Assembly: GCF_009914755.1 (NCBI RefSeq)
Contig: NC_060939.1
Reading direction: 5' to 3' (one strand)
DNA: 64,000 nt
From: the human T2T-CHM13v2.0 reference genome, Homo sapiens
Part shown: positions 1 to 15,440 of the stretch, piece by piece
Layout of the letters: each line of letters begins with the position of its first letter
Position numbering within the stretch: the first letter of the stretch is position 1
The notes under the pieces: generated by a model
The model's input: only the letters and a program-made list of their open reading frames with translations
Told to the model about the DNA's origin: nothing
Database searches by the model: none
Position numbers and translations under genes: made by a program

Positions 1-259
1 GTTAAGTGCTGCCCCATGGCTGTGCTATTCCTGAATCCTATCATCTCATTGATATTAGGGACTCCAGTTCCATAGCACATCTTTTACCTTTAACCCTGGC
101 CCACACAGGACAGCCACCACGGAACCCCTCACTAGCTTATTCCTTATTATTTTAATGAAGGAAGTGTCTTCTTGGCCTTTCCAGGGAATATAGTCAGCTG
201 GAGTGTTCTCTAAAATTGCATAATAAATGCGTTCTAACACACTCATTTTTCTGAGGCTT

Positions 260-527
260 CTTTTTTTTTTCTTTTTTTTTGACAAGAGTGCAGTGGCACA
301 ATAATAGCTCGCTGCAACCTCGAACTCCTGGGCTCAAGCGACCCTCTTGCCTCAACCTCTAGAGCAGCTGGGACTATAGGTGCATGCCACCTCACCCAGC
401 TATTTTTTTTAAGAGGCGGGGTCTTGCTATGTTGCCCAGGCTGGTCTTGAACCCCTGGCCTCAAGTGATCTTCCCGCCTCAGCCTCCCAAAGTGCTGGGA
501 TTACAGGCATGAGCCACTGTGTTTGGC
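260..527 (-). mobile_element. AluJ-like with small deletion
   Basis: Exact 13-bp TSD ttttctgaggctt at 247-259 and 528-540. Confidence 0.9.
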
Positions 528-877
528 TTTTCTGAGGCTTTTGACCTCCTCCTCAGTACTCTGCTAAGCCATCTCCCCTTTCTTTCCTACAGACTATCAC
601 TGATTCCAAGCTTCAAGGAGCCATTCCATATTAGGATCAGCTCCAGGCATCCTCATTGGGATGTTAAATCCAAAGCCACAAGTGTGTCTCCATATCATTA
701 AATCTTCCATGTCCAGCCTTATCTTTCAACCTCATTAGTCCAGCAATCTTGGAATCCATTCCCACATATGTTTTCCCACAGCTCTTTTGGTGAATAATCC
801 CTTATCTTTAATGGCAACAATCATACTTTTCAACTGAAAGCACGCTGAGACCTGACCGTACTTATCAATCTAGAAGT

Positions 878-1190
<313 letters not shown>

Positions 1191-1565
1191 AGAGAAGCAA
1201 GGAGGGTGGCAATGGGAGGTTGCCCTCCTAACAAGTGGTGGTGGAGGTGAGAAGGGCACACCTACTGGCTCAGAAGGGTCTAGATTCTTAAAGGCATCTA
1301 CCCAAATATCCCATGTATCAGTGTCCTGACCTCACCTTATCAGTGCTGTGATTTTGGCATAGGAGATTTGTTAGGGCTATTAATTCATCTTCCTCTGTAA
1401 CTCCACCACCCTTGCAATCAAATCTTGTCCTTATTTTTAGTACAATCGTCTTTCAGCTGCAGGAGATGCAGGTCACTAACATTGCCACCAGGCCGTGTGG
1501 TCTTCACATTGTATCCAGACTTAACAGGACGCTGACATGAATTTGGTATTTTTTTCCCCTGCTGA

Positions 1566-1886
<321 letters not shown>

Positions 1887-2060
1887 TAACAACAGCCAAC
1901 CAATTCTGCCTTCTCTGTAATTACCATTGCGCCCTTATCTTTCAAGTGCCAGAGCTATTGAATAAGCATTGCATTCCATTCCACCTGTATTCCGCCCCAA
2001 TCTATAGGCAAGTTTTATTCATTGCAACTAGCATGAGAGCTAATATTACCACCCCAGTCG

Positions 2061-2063
<3 letters not shown>

Positions 2064-2092
<29 letters not shown>

Positions 2093-2375
2093 AGACGGAG
2101 TCTCGCTCTGTCGCCCAGGCTGGAGCGCGGTGGTGCGATCTCGGCTCACTGCAAACTCCGCCTCCCTGGTTTGAGCAATTCTTCTGCCTCAGCCTCCGGA
2201 GTAGCTGGGACTACAGGGGCCTGCCACCATGCCAGGCTAATTTTTTTGTATTTTTTAGTAGAGATAGGGTTTCACCGTGTTAGCCAGGATGGCCTTGATT
2301 TCCTGACCTCATGATCCACCCACCTTGGCCTCCCAAAGTGCTGGGATTACAGGCGTAAGCCACTGCGCCCGGGCC
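2064..2375 (-). mobile_element. AluSc/Y-like
   Basis: Long T tail; TSD accccagtc(g/a)ctt at 2051-2063 and 2376-2388. Confidence 0.9.
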
Positions 2376-2910
2376 ACCCCAGTCACTTCTTACTGATATC
2401 TGGTTGGCAAATGATACAATTTCAGAACCCCATATTGAGGGTCTGCTTCATAGGATCACTTTTGGCACCACCCTTCTTAGGATGAGAAAAGGATTTGAAT
2501 GCAAGGAGCTTATTTGGAAGGTGTTCCCAGACCGCACTGGTATGAAGCTAGAGAAGAGAGAAAAGTAGAAGAAGGAAGTCAAGAGAGGCTCTACTAATGA
2601 GCAGATTTTCACCATGGACACCTCCTCCTCCCATTCATCACTGACTAAGAATCACTCCCCAGGATTTGCACTCCCCAGTACTTCTGGTTCAACCCATGGC
2701 ATGGACCATGTAAAAGCCCACAGGTAGAGAATCACAGGTTTACAATGGGATACTATTAGTGTGTATGGTAATGATGAATGCTGGTGGGGTATGTGTGTGT
2801 CCTTAACTGTATATACTATCGTAGGCTAGAAAAAAAATTGTCCACCTTAACCACCTCACACAAAAGGAGATATCAAGAAAGCTTATCTTTTTTTTTTTTG
2901 CTTGGGCAAA

Positions 2911-2953
2911 TGTGTGTGTGTGTGTGTGTGTGTTTGTATGTGTATGTGTGTGT
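2911..2953. repeat. (TG)n microsatellite
   Basis: Direct reading. Confidence 0.9.
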
Positions 2954-3709
2954 CCCCTTTGAGAATCTGCAACCATAGATCTTTACTTGACATAGGCTTG
3001 CTATTTGAATTTATACTCCTTGATGGTCCAGAAACCCAAGGTAAGAAATTAATGTAAAATTTATCCCTGGCTAAGTGATACCCATGGAATGCTCAGCAAA
3101 TGTGCATGAAAAAATAAAAAAAATTATATGACTTTAAACACCCAATAAAAGGAGAAATGATTTTTGATAAAGCCAAATGATGTTACATAATGCAGCCATT
3201 AAAATGATGCTTAGAACCGGGAGCTTGGGGGAGAGAGATAAAGAGAAGTTGTTTAATACTTGCAGAGATTCCGTTCTGCAAGATGGAAAAGTTCTGGAGA
3301 TCTGTTCCACAGGAATGTGAATATACTTAACACTACTGAAGTGGATACTCAATAATGGCTAAGATGGTGAATTTAGTGTTATGTGTTTTTTTACCGCACA
3401 GGAAAAAAGAGAAACAAAGAGTTCTTAATGGTGAGGAGAAATGCTTATGGTAGAATGCTAGAGAGAAGGGGGACACAAAATTGTATAGACCATCTTATCC
3501 ATCTTATCTCATCTGTGAACAATTACATATAATAGTAATTATATATTTTATATATAATATATTATATATATACATATATATGTATATATAACTACAGTGG
3601 AGGGAAAAGGTTTAAGAAAATATTTTAAAATACTAATAAAACTGCCTGGCAGAATTATGGGTGATTAATTTCATTTTATCTTCCTTTCTAAAAAAATCTA
3701 TTTCAGTAA

Positions 3710-4240
3710 TGTATCACTTAGGATGCTTTCAGTTGCAAGAAATGGAAAATCCAATTTGAAATGACTTAAAAAATGAAGGGGATTTATTGGCTTATGTAAC
3801 TGAAAAGGCCAGAGGTGGGGTAAGCTTCAGGGCTGATTTGGTTCAGATGTTCTAGTGATGTCATCAGGAACCCATTTCCTTCCCTCTTTCTGCCCTGCCA
3901 TCTCTGGCTCCAGCTTTACCCCAAGGCTGACTCCCTTCATGGTACCAGAATAGCTGTAGCAGTCCCAGGCTGTGCACCCACACACCATGCTGTCCCAGGG
4001 AAAGGACCCCTCTCTTGGCGGCTTTCAAAAGAAGAGGAAATTTCTTTCTCATAAGCCACAGATAACTGATGCTTAAGTCTCTTTGGCCATATTGCATCAC
4101 ATTTCCACCTCCGATCATATTATCCTGATCGATCTTAGCTTAAGCAGATAGGCTACAAGGTGCAGAAGATACCTGAAAAAATGTCTGGGCATTGTTAGGA
4201 AGGGGAGAGAAGAGAATGAATGCTGGCTGGACAGCTAACA
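3710..4240 (-). mobile_element. MLT1-family (MaLR) LTR
   Basis: ttaggatgctttcagttgcaag...gatttattggcttatgtaactgaaaag is typical of old MLT1. Confidence 0.6.
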
Positions 4241-4329
4241 AATACATGTATTTAAGCCTATTCCAAAATTTTAGAATAAATTTGTATTTCTCTGGGAAGT
4301 TCAAAAACCACAAGTGTAAAAATGCTCTT

Positions 4330-4590
4330 TTATAGAATATTATATATAGTATACTATAGCATGTATTACATAAGTTTATATAATATAAACATACAATATG
4401 TAAGTTATAAGTTTGTTATATAAATATATATTTATTATAATATATGATATATATTATATATTTTGTACATAATATATATCATAAGTTTCTATAATACATA
4501 CTATAGTATACTATACATAATATATTTATATATGTACTATAATAGACTATTATATTACAAATATAATATAAATACCATAATAATAATGTT
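4330..4590. repeat. TA-rich low-complexity block
   Basis: Near-exclusive A/T with TATA-type periodicity. Confidence 0.85.
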
Positions 4591-6199
4591 CTTTATGCAG
4601 AAAAAGTAACAAACCACCTTTACCAGCCTTTTACATAGACTCTATAGAACGAGGCTAGCATTCTGAAATCAGCTTTAACCTGACATTACAATTAAGGGTG
4701 ACATTAAAAATATTTAATGAGCAGTATGGCACAGTTATCAATCAATCTGAGTGGGCACCCAAACAATGGGGGAGAGGATGTCACTGGCCATTCCACTGCG
4801 TTGGTGACCTCAGCCACAATCACAGTCATTATTACTTAGCAGTCACCATTAGCTCAGAGTATGACATAAAACTGTCCAGTTTACCTTCAGCCACCAGTGC
4901 TGGACACCCACTAGCCAAGGGATTCTCACTCACACCCAGTCCAACACTGCCAGGACAGAGGGATCCCCATCACCAGACACACAGTCTCAAGGGAGACTAG
5001 GATTATCATTGTCAAACACCAGTGGAAGCATGGGCTAAAGAGAATAAAAATAAAATCCAGCAAAAGCCTCCCTAGTCTTCTGTTGCATTTAATGAAGAGA
5101 TACGACATTGAAGTCAAGACAAACCAATGTCAAAATGAGCTCAATCATTTACAGCTGTGTCTACTCCACCTGGCCAAGCTTCAATGTTCAATCTACAAAA
5201 ATGAGTAATACAAGAATTACCTCCAAAATTGGTTATGAACACGTAGAGGTAGTGTAAATAAAGTCATTAATGCGGGTGCAGCACATACTAGGGAGTTAAT
5301 CAATGGTAAGTATCTTTTATTACCATCTCAAGAGGCTGGTTGAAAAACCTCAGAGAACTGAGAGGCTTATAAATGCCCTTGTAGGGAGATTAGCTCTCTG
5401 ATTTCTGAAGTAAGGAAACAGCCACTGGCCTCTCCGTAATTTAACCCTCATTTTGGGCTTGAACCATCCATTCATCCACACTGCCCCTGTCTCTATAAAT
5501 ATAATGGGCTGACAGCCTCTAGTGCTGGAAACAGCTCTTCCTGAGCTGGGATTTCTGACAGCTCAACTTCCACAAGCTGTTCATGAGTTATTTCAAGGGA
5601 CATTTTACTGTCAATCACTTACCCCCGAAGTGGACTGCACAGTCCTGCCATGTGACCAGGATTCTGAAAGGGGCGAGAACAACATTTGCTTCCTGGAAAT
5701 CAGCATACTGGTTCACGACCCATAAAAGGAAGCTGAGAAAAGGAATGTGATGCTAAACAAGGAAAGGAAGCTATTCTTACCAACAACTCCATATATGTCA
5801 ACCACTGTGCTATCTTGCTGAATCCCCACAAGAACCCCGGGAGGCAGGTGTTAGATGCCCACCTTACAGGTGAACAAACTAAGGCTTAAAGATGCTAACT
5901 AACTTGCCCAGGCTGGTATGGGGAGGAGCTGAGTTTCACATCTAGGGCTCTTTGACCGCAAATTTCTTTCAGAATTTCTCAGAGGTGATGCTGCTGACAT
6001 TTTGGGCAGGGAAGTTTTTTTTTATTATATGATGTTTAGCAACTCTGGTTCCTGAGCATTAAAGGTCAACAGCATGCCCAGGTCATTGTAACAGCTAAAC
6101 TGCCTCCACACAGTTTCAAACCTTCTATATCTATAATAAATAGATCTTTTAGATCTATAATAAATCTATTTGTAATAGATAAAAAAACATCTTATTTCA

Positions 6200-6576
<377 letters not shown>

Positions 6577-7473
6577 AAGAAGAGAAAAGAAGCTTCACAG
6601 ATGTGGCCATGGGTGATATTGGAAATGCATTTGTGAATCCAAGTGTGTGTGTTCCTGTCTAGAGTTAATAATGCATCTCTGTGCATAGAGTGTGCATGCC
6701 ACACTATCACTGCACACGTGCATGAGATGTGCTCTTGTGTATGCACAGGCATGCAAGGCCCTAAGTCATCTGGGACCCTTTCTTCTCAATCAGCTCCCAC
6801 ATTCAATCAGTCTCTTCAGTCCTGTTGATTCCCCCTCGTAAATATATCTCACACCCATTTCTGCTCTCCATCACTGCTACATTGGTCTATATCAAACTTC
6901 TTCATCTCTCATCTGGACCACTGCACTGACCCTATATCTGATCACAGGTACTACCAATTCATTCTCCACACCACTGACCACCAGCATTATCTGTCTGTAA
7001 GGCAAATCAGACCACATCTCCCTCTAGCTCAAAATTCCTCAGTCGTTGCCATTGCCTATAGCAATTTTAGAAGCAGAACCTTGTATCTAAATGAAGTCTT
7101 CAAACACAAGTGCAATACGTAAAGCAGATAAATGCAGAAATGCTCTTTTGGATTATGCAGACTCCTCAGCAAGGCATACAAGGTCTTTTATGATCTGTCC
7201 TCCAGCCAACTACTACAGCAACTTCTCTGGCTTGGTGGTCATGTTTGAGGGCTCTAGAATTCCCTACCTGCATTCAAATTCTTTGCCACTTACTAACTGT
7301 GCAACTTGGGCACATTGCTTTACTTCTCTGTGCCTGAGTTTCTTGTAGATAAAGTGGGACTAACTGCACTTAATGGAGTTCTTTTGAAGATTAGATTCAT
7401 TCATATTTGTGAAACACTTAGAACAGTTCCTGTGGTTCCCAAAGGAATCTGTGGTGGGATTGAGGCCCACTAG

Positions 7474-7843
<370 letters not shown>

Positions 7844-7969
7844 CTCTCTTTCACTCTTTAGTCCCCCCACCTCTATTTCCTCAGACCACTTCCCCAAATA
7901 AACTATTTGCACACAAGATCCTGTCTTGACCTCTGCTTTTGTAGGGAATCTAAGCCAAGACAAAAAAAG

Positions 7970-8720
7970 GTTCCCAAATTTTTCACTATTACAAAAAAAT
8001 CCTGCTTTATGTTTTTATGTTTCCTTGTGACCATGTGTGAGTTATTCTCTGAGGTATAAATCTAAAAGTAGAACTGCTGAGTTACATGATGTGTGCATTT
8101 TCGATTTTATTAGAAATTGCCAAGTTACTTTCCCATATGGTGGAACTAATTTACATTGTTGTCCACACTGCTGAAAATTCCCATTTTCCCACATTCTCTT
8201 CAATATTAATGTTGTCTGGTTTTAATTTTTGCCAGTAACATACAGCCTCATTATTGTTTTTAATATGTATCTCCTTGACCGCTAACGAAGTTGAGCATCT
8301 CTTCTTAAGTTCATTGCTCATTTTGTTTTCCTTTTATGTATTTTGCTTATTCACATCTTTTGCCCATTTTCTATTGGGTTTCTTTGTCTTTTTGTTATTG
8401 ATTTATGGAACTTCTTCATACATTCTAGATACAAATCCTTTATCTGTTAACTAGGTTGTGAATATTTTCTCTGAATGTTTCACTTGTCTTCAAATTTTGC
8501 CTATGATACTTAGTTTTTACTTTTAATGTAATCAAATATATTTTTCCCTTTATTGTTTGTTATTTTTTATGTCTTGTTTTAAAAAATCTTCTTTTTATGT
8601 TACTTTATGATAATATTTACTTCTTTCCTTTCATAATTTTACATTTTGGTTTAGGGCTTTAATACATCTGGAATTTATTTTTATACATGGTATAAAGAAT
8701 AACTCTTTTTGAGCTAACAG
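7970..8720 (-). mobile_element. Old L1M fragment
   Basis: L1 ORF2/3' similarity (CIKINSRCIKALN in the minus-strand ORF). Confidence 0.65.
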
Positions 8721-10560
8721 GCATTGAGAAGTTTTACTTTGCATTAAAAAATGTTTCTTGCAGAGACATCTTGGCATTTTGCATAATGTATATCTGACAG
8801 ACCTAGAAATGGCAGAAAGGTAGAAAAGAAGGCGAAAGCACTGAGAAACTAGGGATGGTAAAGAAATTTCAATTTCACATTTTATCCAATGTGAGTACTG
8901 TGACCTTGTTTGGGCAATCACATAAAAACCACTTTGAAAAGGTTTACATTGGTTCTTAATTATCTAGAGGTGTCATATTATTGAACATTTTTTGATTCCC
9001 TCACTTCCATTAGTCAGCTGGAATATGCTCAGAGAAATTGCAAAAGCTATGAAGTGGGAAAATAAGTAGCTTCAGTCTGAACCAAACACAATGAGAAAAG
9101 GAGGCCTGCAGGAAGAAAATTACATTTCAAAGCCTAAGCTAAAAAGTTTGGGGATTTTCTGCTATTTTGGAATAGTTACTCACTTTATATTCGTTCACTC
9201 AGCAAGCATGTATTGAGCATCTACTCCATTCCAAGGACTATCCTGGGTGTAGGGAGCTGTAGAGATAAATAAGTCCCTCCCCTTGCTCTCAACAATTTCT
9301 CTTTTAGGCAAAAAGACAACTATGTAAGAAAATAAATTTTCATTATAGGTGATAAATATATGAAATGCCTACCATACACCATTTAAACATAATACCGAGC
9401 AGGAGGAATTAGTTATCTACACTGGGGAGGAGGAGGTGGTCAAGGAGATGTTCCTGGAGCTAACATGTGAGGAACTATTCAGCGGTGAACAATGGTTGAC
9501 CAGGTAGACAAGGAGGTAGGTATGAGATGACTTCAAAGGACATTCCAATCAGAGGGAGTAGAGAAAGCAGACATGTGAGAGGCAACTGTGCCTGTAGGTG
9601 GTGGGAAGGGTCTAAAAATGTCACACAAACAGGATCTATTTTCCCAATTTTCTATTTCTCCTCTTCAGTTTGAGCTTGTCTTAGTTCTGAAGAAAAGGCC
9701 CATTTCATCAAAGTAAACAAATATGGGCTGAAATTGACCTTCTTTTGCATATATATCTAGATTTCTTTTATTTATCTAACAATTTTTGTTCAGCACCTAC
9801 TACAGGTGCTAGCAATACTTAAGGAATTCTTGTGAAAAGACATACAGAAATACAGACATTAGTAAGACAGATCTGCTAATGGAAGGTTGTACCCAGGTCC
9901 TGGATGTGAAAACAGGGCACCTAATTCTGCCTGGGAGAGTCAGGAAAGAGAGACAGAGGAAGTGGTCCTTGAGTTGAAATTTGACAGGTAAATAAAGTTT
10001 GCCAGGCAGAGAAGTAGGAAGGAGACAATTCTAGGTGGAGGCTGCAGGATGTTACGGTACAAACGTGGTCACTACACCCCTTTCACCTGCAACTGTCTCA
10101 CCCACAATGCCCTGCTCAAGGAAGAGAAGCAAAGCCATCCTTTGAAGCATGGTGGCTGCTGATTGGACCTCCTCACAGGCAGACAGTGTCCTATGACGTA
10201 TCCAGATGCAAGGGCTTTACCCAATTAGGAAGCATTGGTAACTGGTCAATCAGGCTGCATCCCCTAAGAATTTAGAGAATACAAATTGGACTGTCTGGTA
10301 ACAGCAGAAGGATGATGATGCCAGCTCTCAGAGAAAAGAGGAAACCTGGCTAGAGCACCAATTGTCTGTGATTATTTCCCCCAAGGATAGAAGATTAATT
10401 CATTTATCCATAGGCTCCCAGCTTCCAGTCATCAAGGATTGCCCTATGGGATGTTAACTCCTTCACGTTTCCAGGTTGCATGTAGGTCAGAATGGCTGAG
10501 TAGGACCCCACTGGAGTTGCCAGATTGTTATGTTTTCTTTCATGGGCTCTGTCTCTTTGG

Positions 10561-11043
10561 CCTTTTTTTCCCCTCCCTCCCTCCCTCCGTCCTTTCCTCC
10601 TTTCCTCCTTTCCTCTTTCCTTCCTTCCTTCCTTCCTTCCTTCCTTCCTTCCTTCCTTCCTTCCTTCCTTCCTTCCTTTCTTTCTTTCTTTCTTTCTTCT
10701 CTCTTTCTTTCTTTTCTTTCTCTCTCTCTCCCTGTCTCTCTCTCTCTCTCTTTCTTTTTTAGATGGAGTTTCGCTCTTGTCACCCAGTCTGGAGTGCAAT
10801 GGCGCAATCTCGGCTCACTGCAACCTCCGCCTCCCAGGTTCACAAGCGATTCTCCTGCCTCAGCCTCCTGAGTAGCTGGGATTACAGGTGCCCACTACCA
10901 TGCCCAGATAATTTTCATATTTTTAGTAGAGACAGGGTTTCGCCAGTTAGCCAGGCTGGTCTCGAACTCCTGACCTCAGGTGATCGGCCTGCCTCGGCCT
11001 GCCAAGGTGCTGGGATTACAGGCGTTAACCACTGCACCTGGCC
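10561..11043 (-). mobile_element. AluS with ~200-bp (CCTT)n/(CTTT)n/(CT)n tail
   Basis: Alu body at 10761-11043; near-pure pyrimidine tract at 10561-10760. Confidence 0.9.
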
Positions 11044-11557
11044 GACCTTTTGTTCTACTTTCTAGGAGAGCTCCTCAACTTTATTTTTCAACTCCTGTGC
11101 TTTCTTTTATATTTGTCCAGCATATTTTAAAATTTTTAGAGCACTCTTTTTTCTCTAATTATTTGTCTTTTCTGTAGCGACCTGTTCTTGTTTTATAGAT
11201 ATAATAGCTTCTCATGTCTCTCTGGGGATTTTAATTATCTTCTTCTTCTCTCTGTGTCATCTCTGTTCTCTCTGGTTATTTATCCTTTCTTCTACTCTCT
11301 TTTATATGTTGGAGATTTTTCTCAGAAGTCTGATAATATTAATTGCTGGTTTTTATTTAAGAGTGAGGTAACTAAAAAGCTGATTGGAACTATAATATTC
11401 TGATTGGGCTTTAGAATTGGGGAAATTTGCTTTAGGTAAGTTAGGAAATAAGAAGTTTCCTTCTATTCTGAGTGGCCCCCAAATGCCAGATAAATGGAAG
11501 TTATTCCATTTCTCTATGGAAGAACCCTCTGCCTGGGGGGAGATGTCCTGTGGGTAG

Positions 11558-11904
<347 letters not shown>

Positions 11905-12997
11905 TCCACTTATAGACTTTCAATTAGTCCATCCATTTGCAGCCTCACGTCTCAGTCACGTGTACCCTCTGGGGACACATGCCATCTCTGCCAGACATGA
12001 TGGCTTTCTTCTATTTTACATTCTCCTTCTAGTATGCTCCAGGCTGCAACTTCCCCTGCCCTACTAACAGTTACCCTTCCTTCTGTAGTTTTTTCCTCCT
12101 TAGAAACTTGTTGAAATCTTTTCTTCACCTTGCTTTTTGATCATAGTCTTTTTTTCTAGTCATCTACATTTATTAATATGACGGTACATTTGGTCTTCTT
12201 AGTTATTCCTTGGTTTTAAATACTTTTTTGATGTTCTGTTATATTAATGTTTCACTTTATAATCTGTGATTACTTTTCTGGGATGTGCATGCTGTTTTTG
12301 TCTGATAATAAGGATTTTTTTTATAGTCTGATATTTTTCTAGTTGATCACTTTTTAGCTATGATTTTGAATAACATAACTGATTCTAGCATACAGCTAGA
12401 TTTAAAAGTCCAATCTGATGATTTATGTTTTTAATTTGTGAGTAGAGTTTATTTACATTTTTGTAAATATATATATATTTGAAGTTTTAGGACCACCTTA
12501 TGCATGATTTCTGCTTATTATTCTTTCTTTATTCCTTCTCTTTGTTGATAGACTTTTCTTTATACCAACACTCTTTTTTAGTTTACTCATTTGGAAGCTA
12601 TAGATTGTTCTATATTTTTAGTGGTTTCTTTCATTTTTTGACATATGCACACTTAACTCCTCATTTTCTAACAAAACTACTGTTATTAAATATTTCAATC
12701 CTAACTTTGGACATTGTCACAATTTAACTACTTGTTGAATACCTCTCTCCCTCCATCTTTTTACTCTTTAGAGTTTTAAAAATAGTCAATAGTTTTTTTG
12801 ATAGTCAATAATTTTCTCTACATTTAAAATCAATTTCTGTGCTATCATTAAATACATCCTCTAATAGTTATTTTAGTGAGTGTCTAGAAGTATCAACTCT
12901 CAGTTATTACACTGAAAATTCATTGTTTAAATTTTTAAATGGGCAACTTTTTAATTGAAGTGTAATATACATAAAGAAACCTACAAAAATTATATAC

Positions 12998-14002
<1,005 letters not shown>

Positions 14003-15079
14003 TATGGACACACAATGACTTTTCATAAAGTGAAAGCACCCATGTAACAAGCATCTGAGTCAAGAAATAAAGCGTTTCCAGCATTCTCTTTGGCCTTTTT
14101 CCAAGGGTAACCATTTTTCTGGCTTCTGACACCATAGATTGGTTTGCCTGCTTTTTCACATTACCTCATGTAAGCATGTGTTATGTACTTTTTTGTGTCT
14201 AGCTTCTTTTGTTCAATATTATGTTATTCATCCACGTCACAGGTTGTAATAAATAGTATTGATCATTCTAAAGCATTTTTGTCAGTCTGTTCTATACAAT
14301 TAGTTTTGTCAGAAGTGAGTTTGTATTCCTAGTGTTGATTTTGTTGATTGTCTTTCCTAGAATTGTATTCCCTGATGTGTTTTAGACTTTTGATTTTCAG
14401 GGTCATTTTAAGCAAGAAGCTTCTTGCTTTTCTTCATGTTTCTCTTGCTTTCTAGTAATTGAGTGGTGTGCTACTGCCTTCCCTTTGTCCCCCAGGCTCC
14501 AGTCCAAAACTAGGTCTTACAGGGATGTTGATGTGCTGCAACATTGGAGATACCCAGTTCCAGAGTCTGCACGAGCCTTGGCTCAGGTCCTGCTCATGAG
14601 GCTGTGTCTGTCCACCTGCCTCCTTTGGGCCCCATGTTGCTGGGAACAGTTACACCGGGCAGCAGAGTGGCAGTCTTTTTGAGCCCCTTTCAATGGAGTA
14701 GCATCCCACTCCAGCTCCTGGCTTCATGCAGGGAGCCTGACTCTATTCTGTGCCTTGTGTGGAGATGTTTGGTCCTGATTCCCTGCTACCGCTGTCTGGG
14801 TCCAGACCTGGAGCCCAGCATGCCCTGGCTTTATCCTTGCTCACTGCTGGAGATTTATGGTCCCAGAGATGCTTGTCTTCTCTTTGATCCCAGCTATCCA
14901 TTTTCAGTCATCTCTTCTTATATTTGACCTGTCATTACTGTGTCTGGACATGGGTGAAGTTGTCGAGGAGTGAATTTAACTGTACTATGCTGCCTGGGAG
15001 TCTGTATTGTTTGTTTTATCAGAGAATTAACAAGCCATTTTTATCTTGAAATACATAAAGTATTCAAGAGTTTCCTCTC

Positions 15080-15440
15080 AGGTGGAAACAATTCAAATAT
15101 CTGTCAACTGATGAGTGGATAAACAACATGGGTATATCTATACAATGGAATATTAGTCATCCATTAAAAAGAATGAAGTATTCATACATGCTATAACATG
15201 GATGAATCTTGAAAACATTACGCCAAGTAAAAGAAGCCAAACATAAAAGGCCATATATTGTATAATTTCATTTATATGAAATATACAGAATAGACAAATT
15301 CATAGAGACAAAGAGTGGATTGGTGCTTTCCAGGGGCTTGGGGGAGGGGAGCGTGGAGCTGATAACTAATGGGTATGGGGTTTCCTTTTGGGGTGATGAG
15401 AATGTTCTGGAACTAAAGAGTGGTGATGGTTGCACAACAC
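15080..15440 (+). mobile_element. L1MB-like 3' end fragment
   Basis: catacatgctataacatggatgaatcttgaaaacatt...gttctggaact is typical L1MB 3'UTR. Confidence 0.75.

Noticed and set aside
10404-11065. Overlapping 100-130 aa ORFs on both strands
   Set aside because: Translations of a simple repeat plus Alu.
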